Shown here piece after piece: positions 38,409 through 48,194 of a DNA stretch of 64,000 nucleotides; position 1 is the stretch's first letter, and the number at the start of each line of letters is the position of its first letter. The notes below the pieces were generated by a model. The model was not told the origin of the DNA and ran no database searches. It saw only the letters and a list, made by a program, of their open reading frames with translations. The DNA is from Yuukianura sp. NJ FZ-2021 (taxonomy: Eukaryota): positions 2,046,001-2,110,000 of the forward strand of contig CM102286.1 of NCBI GenBank assembly GCA_046563655.1, in the 5' to 3' direction. Position numbers and translations under genes: made by a program.

Positions 38409-39173
38409 ATGTCAACTTCGATCAAGACGATTTTGTGCTTCTTTGCTTTGCAAATTTACGATTTCCTCGTGTGTATTTTCCTTTGGCCAATTCTAATTCT
38501 CTCACGTTACAATGCCAAGGTTGCCGAAAGTTTCCTTTTCTATCACATTCGAATTGCATTCTTTTTATTTCAAGATGGTTTGAAACAGTACCGAAACGCT
38601 TTGTTCAAAACATTTAAACAATCAACAGAGGCAGAAGATCTCCAAAATTTAAGCATTTTGGAAATCGGAGCCGGAAGTGGAGCAAATTTCAAATTTTTCC
38701 CGCCGGGAACCTCCATGAACACGCTGGAACTAAATTCAGAATTTCACAATCACCAAATTCAAGAAATCAAAAAATGTGGACTAAAAATTGGAAAATTTGG
38801 GCAAATTTTGGGAAATGTTGAAAAGATGGACTCAATTCCTGACGGATCTTTTGATATTGTTTTGGCCAGTTTCCTCCTGTGTTGTGTCCAAAATAAAACA
38901 CAAGCTGTTCGTGAAATTCATCGAATTTTAAAACCTGGCGGCAAGTATTTCCTGTTGGAGTTGGATAATTTTGAAAGTGGATTTCGGCGAATTGTTCAAA
39001 AATGTCATAACCCGCTTCATAAATTTTCGTTTCTGGGATGTACCGCTGCTTTTCAAGATGTACGGGCCATTGTTGCCGAGGGGAATTTCAAAACATACAA
39101 TTTGGCAACATTGGTATGTCCGGAAGTGACTATTACTTACAGCAAAGTCTGCTTTGGATTCGTAGAAAAATAA
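38409..39173 (+). CDS. METTL7-like copy 9 (subtype D)
   Basis: Close paralog of copy 8; LEIGAGSGANFKFFP; 254 aa. Confidence 0.88.
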   Translation: MSTSIKTILCFFALQIYDFLVCIFLWPILILSRYNAKVAESFLFYHIRIAFFLFQDGLKQYRNALFKTFKQSTEAEDLQNLSILEIGAGSGANFKFFPPGTSMNTLELNSEFHNHQIQEIKKCGLKIGKFGQILGNVEKMDSIPDGSFDIVLASFLLCCVQNKTQAVREIHRILKPGGKYFLLELDNFESGFRRIVQKCHNPLHKFSFLGCTAAFQDVRAIVAEGNFKTYNLATLVCPEVTITYSKVCFGFVEK

Positions 39174-40168
39174 AAATAATTATAACACTAGCTTTCTCAT
39201 ACAACAAAAAATGTTCAAAATTGACCTAAACCAAAACCAAACCTAACTTACTTAGTGTTATGCTTAAGCTCTAAAACCTTGTACTTAAAAATAAAAAGCT
39301 CAAAATTTTAAATTTTGAACCATTGTTGTAAATTGTGAATTTGTATTTGGAAGTTGACAATTTTCAACATAAATTTTATCAAATCTGTTTCAACAGTGAT
39401 GACGTTATTTGCTCCTCTCTATTATATGTTCATACTATTCGTCTAATAATTAAATGCTTTTTCAAGGTTATTTCAAAAGAATATGTTCATAAACAGACGC
39501 GATGGACGACGCATTGAGCAAGTTCAAAACTTAAAGTCTTCGCTAAAGTTAACTTTAAGCTATCAATTTTGTTTTTGTTACGCATCAAAAATCTTTTCCT
39601 CTGGAATGAACCAGCATAGCTGACAAAAATAAATGCGTTGTATAAAATAACTTCCTGCCTACTGTAAAACAAAAAATGAATAGAAATTCAAAGTTTGTTT
39701 TTGATTTATTTCTTACAATTTGAAGAATATTTGAAAATTGAAACTTTTTTGAACCTTGTTCAGCTTCTGGTTTTCCGTTTTTACTGTCATTTCCCTCCTG
39801 TACTATCCAATTGTCTGTGTACAATGTACAAAAGTTAGATTTTTTTCTGTATTAATAGTTTAAAGCTCATAGAAGTTTCCTTGAGTAGTTACATGCAGGC
39901 TCTTACCTAAGTAACAATAACTTTGACACTCCAAGCGATAACGCTATCAACCGTTAGTTAATTAGAAGTTAATTGAAAGCGTAGTTAGGTAATTGCACTT
40001 TAATTTTCTTTCTGTATGGCTTCAGGACATTGTCTCTATATAAGTCGCTGATCTGTTACATTATTTTTTGATTTTCAAGATTTCAAAAAGATTTCAAATA
40101 TACAATTTCCCTTAGTGCTTGGAGGTTGGATTTTTTTAGAAATTGATTTCAAAAAATTCAAAATAAAA

Positions 40169-40954
40169 ATGACCGTGTTAAATCAGTTAAAATTTTGGTT
40201 TTGGCAAACTGCTTGTATAATGTACGACCCAATTTTTTGCTTTTTATTTTGGCCAGTTATTCTCCTGGCACATTTCAACACAAAAGTTTATGACTTTTAT
40301 TTCTTCATGTATTACTTCACACTTGCCAAATTTGTACCCGAAGAAGGTGTCAAACAATTTCGAATTCGCTTGTTCGAAAAGTTTAAAGAAAGTTTAGTGA
40401 GTACAGAGAAACTAGAAAATTTGAAAATTTTGGAAATTGGAGCCGGAGCTGGAACAAATTTTAAATACTACCCGCCAGGAACGACCATTAGCACTCTCGA
40501 ACACAATTCAAAATTTCACAAGCTACAAATTTCGGAAGCCAAAAAACATGGACTCAAAATTGGAAATTTTGGCCAAATTGTGGGAAATGTTGAAAAAATG
40601 GACTCAATTCCAGACGGAACTTTTGACATTGTAGTGGCAACGTTGCTTCTCTGCTGTGTGAAGAACAAACAACAAGCTGTACGTGAAATTCACCGAATTT
40701 TGAAACCTGGAGGGAAATATTTCTTGGCAGAAGTTCATAATTTTGAAAGTGGATTTCGTTGCATTTTTCAAAAATGCTATACTCCATTTCACCAGTTTTC
40801 GTGTCTTGGGTGTACTGCTGCTTTTCAAGATGTACCGGCCATTGTTGCCAGCGGGAATTTCAAAACTAACAATTTGGCAACAATGTTACGCCCGGAAGTG
40901 ACTATTGCTTTCAGCAGAGTCTGTTTTGGATTTGTAGAAAAAGAAAAAGAGTAA
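40169..40954 (+). CDS. METTL7-like copy 10 (chimera: subtype C N-terminus and core, subtype D C-terminus)
   Basis: Matches copy 4 up to AEVHNFESGF, then matches copies 8/9/12 (LGCTAAFQDV.AIVASGNF...PEVTI.FS.VCFGFVEK). Confidence 0.88.
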   Translation: MTVLNQLKFWFWQTACIMYDPIFCFLFWPVILLAHFNTKVYDFYFFMYYFTLAKFVPEEGVKQFRIRLFEKFKESLVSTEKLENLKILEIGAGAGTNFKYYPPGTTISTLEHNSKFHKLQISEAKKHGLKIGNFGQIVGNVEKMDSIPDGTFDIVVATLLLCCVKNKQQAVREIHRILKPGGKYFLAEVHNFESGFRCIFQKCYTPFHQFSCLGCTAAFQDVPAIVASGNFKTNNLATMLRPEVTIAFSRVCFGFVEKEKE

Positions 40955-41011
40955 TTACTTTACAAATATGTAGTAAAATTACTTTAATGAATTATTTATT
41001 AAATACATTTG

Positions 41012-41100
41012 CTGGAGGTAAATATTTCTTAACAGAATTTCAGAATTTTGAAAGTGTATTCTGGTTTCATAAAATTTATGATATGGGGGTGTTCAGCTTC
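41012..41100 (+). pseudogene. Degenerate subtype-C 3' fragment
   Basis: CTGGAGGTAAATATTTCTT...AATTTTGAAAGTG...TGGTTTCATAAAATT resembles copy 4 positions ~30078-30193. Confidence 0.65.
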
Positions 41101-42084
41101 ATTTTAAATAGCATTAGTATTCAAACTTGGTTTAAAGTTTTTGTGGAAGTTTTTGTACAGTTTAAGCTTGTTTTGGAAAAAGTTTTTAGTTGTCCAGAAA
41201 TGAGTTACTTTTTAGTAAATTAAATTAGCATAACAAAAATAACGTAATCTTTCTAAAGAACACAAAAGATTGAGTGACAACATTACAAGAACGAAAGCTT
41301 TGTAAAGGAAGCATGGAATTTAGACAATAAACAAAAGGAAAGTTGTTTTTTGAAGAATTTTTTTTTGAAGAAACATTCTAAATGTCTTTGGGAGAAAAAA
41401 GGAAAGTTGTTTTTTGAGGAAAGATTTGAAATATCTTTAGAAGAATAAATAGGATTTTGTTTTTGTGAACTGCGTGGGAACGTCTCTGAACTTTACCCTT
41501 TAAGCTGCTTACGACTTATGACGTCTCTGCAATCTGCAACTATTTTCTGTTTTCGAAACGGAGAACAGAAAATGATGTAACTTTTTTAAAAATGAAAATA
41601 ATTATAGTTTTTTCTTATGAAACTGTTTGTGTATAAAAGGGAGAAGCACTTTCGAATAACATTTTTTGAAAGTGAAAGAAACTTTAGATTCGAATTGAAT
41701 TTTACATGGTCCTTCAGCAACCAATTTCCCATTTAGAAATTTGCATTGGAAATTTTCCCATTTAGAAATTTTGAAGGTGCCAATGCATATTTGGTAACTA
41801 CAAATTTGACTTTCAGTTTGAATTGAGAGATGATGCTAGATAAAAAATTCTCTTTGTCTTTCTCTTTCTCCCTGTGTAATATTGATTAGGCAGATGTAAA
41901 AGTGAACCAAAATCGGAGTGTGTCATGCAGTTCCCTCCAGAAGGCCCGGGTAAAATGACCCGCTTTTCCTACAAGATGAATCCAATCCCCACCAACTTCT
42001 CAAAACCAAATTCAAACAAACAGAAAATGACAAATTTTGTGGCAAATTTAGAATTTTCGGTACCACTATTATGCTTAAGTCGTG

Positions 42085-42700
42085 TTGAATTTAAGAAACA
42101 CACTATATATAGTGCAGGTGAAAAACTTCAAGTCCCCCTGCCCTTTGCACGTGGATTGCACACTTTTCCAGTTTCTTTGAATAAGAAAAAGATCAAGTAC
42201 TGAAAGGTGAAAGAACAACACAAGTCCAGGTGATTTTACACACCTTTCTACGACAATTCATTCCTAAGGGCCCCCTGTCCCTTAAGGAACAAAGTGAGAA
42301 TATTAGTAAACAGAGAAGAATCCGCTGTGACCTCTGATGCTATACGAGTGATTCCCTAACCTTCTTGGGTTAATAGTCAATGCCTGTGGGGAAAGGAGGG
42401 GTGGTCAGAGGAGGGAAAATTTGAAAATGAAGTTAGCGGCAGATGCCAAGAGATTTCTCCCATCAATGGCATTTTGAACTGAGCACAATGAAGTCTGGAG
42501 GATCTCATTCAAAAGACATTCAAAAGATTTACTTTTCCCCCTCTCCACTTTCTTTGCTTTTCTTCCTTCACTCTAACCTTATCGTAAGACACTTGTTGCT
42601 GTTTAGGTCAAGGCCTAGGTTAAACTGGGTCACAGGTCATCCACAACTACCCGCCAATTCAAAAACTTTGAGAACATTTTCAAAATGTGGACAAATTTTG
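42085..42700 (+). repeat. Non-coding block X1, duplicated at ~45915-46525
   Basis: Long near-identical runs with the second copy, e.g. TTCTACGACAATTCATTCCTAAGGGCCCCCTGTCCCTTAAGGAACAAAGTGAGAATATTAG. Confidence 0.88.
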
Positions 42701-43097
42701 TAACAAATGCCCAAGTGCAACTCCGTTGCAACTTACTTAGTCTTCTTAGAAGGCTATACATTCTGGTCATTTGAAAAAAGTAAATGCTTTGACCCATAAA
42801 TTGTAAAAAGTCCACAAAAGTTTCCGTAATGAGTCAGTTGCAATCTATAACTAAATTTTGACCCCCATATGATAATGCTGTAAATCATTAGCTAATTGCA
42901 TGTTAATGTTAACAGTAGTTAGTTAATTGCAGTTTAATTTTATTCTAATACTTTAGACGATATTCTAATATGTTTCATTGTCAGTATATAACTCGCTGCT
43001 TTTGCCAACATTATTTTTTGAGTCTCAAAATTTTAAACTTGTCAATTCTCATTTGCTTGGAAGTCGTTTTTTTTTTAAAATAAACCTTCATTTCAAA

Positions 43098-43871
43098 ATG
43101 AAAATGAGTCAGTTGAAATCTTGGTTTTGGCAAACTGCTTGTATACTGTACGATCCCATTGTTTGCTTCTTCTTTTGGCCTGTTATTCTCATAGCAAATT
43201 TTAACACGCAAATTTGTCACCCCTATTTCTTCATGTACTTTAAAATTTCCAAGTTTATACAAGGAGATGGTTTCAACCAGTTTCGAATTCGTTTGTTCAA
43301 AAAGCTTAAAGAAACAGTGGACACACAGAAACAAGAAAATTTGCAAATCTTGGAAATTGGAGCTGGAACGGGAACAAATTTTCAATACTACCCGCAAGGA
43401 ACGAACATTAGCACACTAGAAGTCAGCTCAAAATTTCACAAACAACAAATTTTGGAAGCAAAGAAACATGGACTCAAAATTGGAAATTTTGGCCAAATTG
43501 TGGGAAATGTTGAACAAATGGACTCAATTCCAGACGGAACCTTTGACATTGTAGTGGCAACGTTACTTCTCTGTTGTGTCAAGAATAAGCAAAAAGGTGT
43601 AAATGAAATTCACAGAATTTTGAAACCTGGTGGCAAATATTTCTTGGCAGAAGTTCAAAATTTTGAACCTGGATTCTACAGACGTCTTCAGCAAATGTAC
43701 TCCTGGATTCATCGAATCAGTGCTTTGGGATGTACTGCTGCTGCTCAAGACATTCCCACGTACTTGTCAAACGCAAATTTCAAAACAAAAAATTTGGTAA
43801 ACGCTGAAATGAGCAACCTTATCATTCCGTTTAGAAACATTTGTCATGGATTTGCTCAGAAACATAAATAA
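43098..43871 (+). CDS. METTL7-like copy 11 (subtype C)
   Basis: MKMSQLKSWFWQ start; LEIGAGTGTNFQYYP, ATLLLCC, ILKPGG, MSNLIIPFRNICHGF. Confidence 0.88.
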   Translation: MKMSQLKSWFWQTACILYDPIVCFFFWPVILIANFNTQICHPYFFMYFKISKFIQGDGFNQFRIRLFKKLKETVDTQKQENLQILEIGAGTGTNFQYYPQGTNISTLEVSSKFHKQQILEAKKHGLKIGNFGQIVGNVEQMDSIPDGTFDIVVATLLLCCVKNKQKGVNEIHRILKPGGKYFLAEVQNFEPGFYRRLQQMYSWIHRISALGCTAAAQDIPTYLSNANFKTKNLVNAEMSNLIIPFRNICHGFAQKHK

Positions 43872-44279
43872 TTTTTTTTTAATTTCCCCATCCACCTTTA
43901 ACTTAAATAACCCTGAATTGCCTATTAACCTTGGCTTTCTTTTTTATAACTACTAGTTTGTAATGGAAATTCTGTGTACAACGCTTACGTCAGAAATTTT
44001 GTCTAACCTAACATCAAATTCAATTTTCCCAGCAAATCATTGACGCATTTTAATAATTCCCAAACTTAATTGCCTACGGTTTTTAGCAGCTATTCTCTGG
44101 GTTTAGCAACGACCGGAGATCTGTACTTTCAAAGTATATCCAGCAGTCAACTTGCTAGCATTGTTGGCCAAGCCAGGGATTGCGTGCACCAATAAACTGC
44201 AAGCACTCGTATCATTCTTACTTAAGTCTTAATAATTGAAATTTAAAGAAAAAAAAGCATTTAATACTTTCTTTCCAAA

Positions 44280-45047
44280 ATGTCAGTTTCAATCAAGTCG
44301 ATTTTCTTTTTCATTGCTTTGCTATACGCTCCACTGGCTAGTATTTTTCTTTGGCCAATTCTAATTCTTGCACGTTACAATACCACGGTTGCCGAAATTT
44401 ACATTTTCATTTACCATCGAATTGCATTCTTTGTATTTCAACTTGGCTTGAGAAATTACCGAAACGCTTTGTTCAAGAAATTTAAGCAAACAATAGAAGG
44501 AGAAGACCTCCAAAATTTAAAAATTTTGGAAATCGGAGCTGGAACTGGAGCAAATTTCAAATTTTTCCCGCCCGGAACGTTCATTAATACGCTGGAACTA
44601 AATTCAGTATTTCACAATCAACAAATTCAAGAAGCCAAGAAATGTGGACTCAAAATTGGAAAATTTGGGCAAATTTTGGGAAATGTTGAAAACATGGACA
44701 CAATTCCAGACGGATCTTTTGATATTGTTGTGGCCAGTTTCCTCCTGTGTTGTGTCCGAAATAAAACACAAGCGGTTCGTGAAATTCATCGAATTTTAAA
44801 ACCTGGCGGCAAATACTTTCTGTCAGAAGCTGAAAATTTTGAAGGTGGATTTTGTCGAATTGTTCAAAAATGTCATACGCCATTTCACCAATTTGCGAGT
44901 CTTGGCTGTACGGCTGCGTTCCAAGATGCACGGGAAATTGTTGCCAGCGGGAATTTCAAAACAAATAATTTGACAACAATGGTAAGTCCAGACGTGCCTG
45001 TTGTTTTCAGCAGAGTCTGCTTTGGATTTGTGGAAAAAGAAACATGA
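44280..45047 (+). CDS. METTL7-like copy 12 (subtype D)
   Basis: LEIGAGTGANFKFFPPG, ASFLLCC, ILKPGG; 255 aa. Confidence 0.88.
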   Translation: MSVSIKSIFFFIALLYAPLASIFLWPILILARYNTTVAEIYIFIYHRIAFFVFQLGLRNYRNALFKKFKQTIEGEDLQNLKILEIGAGTGANFKFFPPGTFINTLELNSVFHNQQIQEAKKCGLKIGKFGQILGNVENMDTIPDGSFDIVVASFLLCCVRNKTQAVREIHRILKPGGKYFLSEAENFEGGFCRIVQKCHTPFHQFASLGCTAAFQDAREIVASGNFKTNNLTTMVSPDVPVVFSRVCFGFVEKET

Positions 45048-45684
45048 TTTTAACTCATTCCTGACGTTAACTTTAAGGTTGTTATTTTTTTGTTTACGTA
45101 GTAAAAATCTTTAATTTGTGAAACGATTCTCTCTAAACTAGTTAATAAAACCCAGAAAGTTGGGTTCAAAAGGTTAACTTGTCATTAACTAATTGAAAGC
45201 ATTATGATTGTGAGCATCACAATTTTGTTACACGTTCAGCTCACTCATTTTGGAAAAGTTTGTGAACTTGAAAGTTTAAATTAAACACAAAGAAAAATTT
45301 TGTGCTGCTTCTACTGTAATGGACTGAATACTCAGCACATAACCAGAACATATACGTTTTTACGAAGAATAATGTTACTCAACTTCAGTGTTTACGAAAT
45401 TTTGTTGGCTTCTTTAAATTTACAAAAATTAGCAGCGAAAAAACATTTTGTTAAAATCCCGTGTATCCAAAACCAGCAAATTCATGGAAATAAAACAAAA
45501 ATACTAAACTACAGCAGTCTCTTCAACTTATTCAACTTATTCCATTTGTCAAATACAAAAAAAATTCAAATTGCACAACGCTGGAGTTAGAAAATTACAC
45601 AAGTCTGAGCTCAAATTGTCATTGGCAAATCCCCCATTTGCTAGGTTTATTTTTTCCAGTTTAAGGCCAGTATAGGGGTGCGGG

Positions 45685-45745
45685 TTTTGTATTTGTCAAT
45701 TGAAATTGTTTTGTATTTGTCAATTGAAATTGTTTTGTATTTGGC
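45685..45745 (+). repeat. 24-bp tandem repeat, about 2.5 copies
   Basis: TTTTGTATTTGTCAATTGAAATTG repeated. Confidence 0.85.
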
Positions 45746-45914
45746 AAATAGAGTAAGTTGAAGAGACTACTGTGATCCTTGTCTATTCCTCGTTCCTTTT
45801 GTAGTGGGTGTGAAGTGCATTTAATGTTAAAAGCAGTTAATTACATCTTAATTTTATTCTAACACGTTAGCCGGCTAATTTTAATAAAAAATATCTAATC
45901 TCATTGCCAGTATA

Positions 45915-46525
45915 TTGAATTTAAGAAATATGATTACTGAGCAGGTGAAAAACTTCAAGTCCCCCCGACCCTTTACACGTGGATTGCACACTTTTCCAAT
46001 TTCTTTGAATAAGAAAAGATCAAGTACTGAAAGGTGAATGAGCAACACAAGTCCAGGTGATCTTACACACCTTTCTACGACAATTCATTCCTAAGGGCCC
46101 CCTGTCCCTTAAGGAACAAAGTGAGAATATTAGTAAACAGAGGGGAATCAGCTGTGACCTCTGATGCTATACGAGTGATTCCCTAACCTTCTTGGGTTAA
46201 TAGTCAATGCCTTTGGGGAAAGGAGGGGCGGTCAGAGGAGGGAAAATTTGAAAATGAAGTTAGCAGCAGATGCCAAGAGATTTCCCCTGTCAATGGCATT
46301 TTGAACTAAACACAATGAAGTCTGGAGGATCTCATTCAAAAGACATTCAAAAGATTTACTTTTCCCCCTCCGCACTTTCTTTGCTTTTCTTCCATCACGT
46401 AACCTTATCGTAAGACACTTGTTGCTCTTTAGGCCAAGGCCTAAGCGAAACTAGGTCACAGGTCATCCACAACTTCCCCGCCAAATCAAAAATTTTGAAA
46501 ACATTTTCAAAATTTGCACAAATTT
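45915..46525 (+). repeat. Non-coding block X2 (second copy of X1)
   Basis: Matches 42085-42700. Confidence 0.88.
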
Positions 46526-47911
46526 GCTGCAGATGACCAAGAGCAACGAGCAAGTCGAATGCTAAACTCAAACAGTACTTTTGATTAAATCTAAAATTAA
46601 GGAATCCGAACATACTAAATGTGATCAGAATGTTTAAAAGTTTTGCAACTCCAAAAACACGAAACATTTTCTTCCTTTTTTTTTTTTGAAAAAATGAAAC
46701 AATTTTTGAAAAAAGTTGTTTTTGGACATTTGAAAAAACCTGAAAGTGTCATTTGAGTAAAATGAAAACGAAACCTTGACCTTTGTGAGTTTGTTTTTCT
46801 GAATTCTTCCTCTCGACTGAACAAATCTTGCGGGATTTAAGCATGACCAAAACGGAATTTCGAAATTCTGATGCAGAAGGGGTTGAAGGGCTCCTCTTTT
46901 GGTCAAAGGGTCCCCAACAATTTTTTTTGTAAAATGGCAAGTGAAGTCCTTTGTAAAGTGAGAGACTGCGGGACTTTTTGGAAATGGAGAATAAGGGCCC
47001 TCCGCTTAATTCCCTATTCTTTTGAACTGACATTGTCTGAGGGTCGGACAGGAGCAGCTGCGTGTGCCAGAACAAAGGAGATCCCTTGGACCATGGACCA
47101 GAGAGGATGAGGGGGGGACTTAAGGGGTGGAGGGGGCCCTTACTGCCTGGTGGTGGTGGTAAATAGATGTGTATGAGTCAGCTGTCGCGTGACTTGCCAG
47201 GTGGGTTTTGGTCCAACAAAATAAAGACGCGTGCCAAAGGGCCCCCTCCGCCTTACCAAGTACCCCCTTTCCCTTCCAGCATACTTTCCTGCAGAGAAAC
47301 GCAGAGTAGGAGAAAGAAGAGAGAACAAAAAGAGAAAAACGAGTTTTAACATTTTTTCTAAGGGCCCCCTCTCTCTCTCCCTTGTTTCGGATGATAGAGA
47401 AACGTGACCCTTAGGTTCAAATCACTGTAGAAAACTTCCATTTTCACCAGCAGCACACAGCCTTTTATCAACAAAGGAAATCAAAAAATCCCTCCACAAA
47501 AATTTGAACGCCGTCGACGTTCACCCCAACTTTTTTGCTTTTACTTCTGTTAAGCTTTGGAGATACTGATAGGGAAATCGGGGGTTCCAAAGCGATTTTC
47601 ACTTTCAAAAGAATAAAAGCGATTTTTTCGTTTTTCCCGCTCTGAGCCCTCCTCCTCTTGTCTCGGTTTGGCACGAGCACAACAACGCTCCGTCTCAATC
47701 ATTTGTTCCGCATTTTTATTTTAGGCTTTCAAATTTAAGCTTTAACATACAGAACAATTTCTATGCAAAAATCTGAACCCTCAGACTGACGCTCTTCAAT
47801 TACTTGTCATTCATGAATTTTTTTTGAAAAGTGAACAACAAATTTTTATTTAAACTCAATTTTAGAAAATTGTTTTTAGTGAATGGACTTAATAGATCAA
47901 AAAAGTTAGTT

Positions 47912-48194
47912 TTAGAACCAAAAGTTTTTGACTTGTTGTGCTTGTGCGTTGAAGAAATTTGGGACAGTTTTACCTGTCCAGGTCGAAAAGCTTTCTCTTT
48001 GGTGAGAAATTGAAGACTTGACAGCTTCTGTATCGATGTTGGGCAGATTCCATGTTGAAAATTCTGGATATTTGATGGAATTGAATCCAGCCGTTATTGT
48101 GTCCCGGACGAACCTGTCTGCTTGTGGTACCGGAGATCCTGTACTACGCATTTGCGTGATAACCCAGATTGTGACGAGAACGGCAACAGTGTTC
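47912..48194 (-). CDS. Putative terminal exon of a small secreted orphan protein (start not resolved)
   Basis: An acceptor-like TTGATTACAG precedes the open frame NTVAVLVTIWVITQMRSTG-SPVPQADRF...KNFWF*, a hydrophobic stretch followed by SPVPQ. A minus-strand AATAAA lies at 47845-47850 and local GC is raised. Confidence 0.4.

Noticed and set aside
47400..47430. tRNA T-loop-like GGTTCAAATC (also on the minus strand near 19510-19526)
   Set aside because: No cloverleaf stems or A-box are visible.
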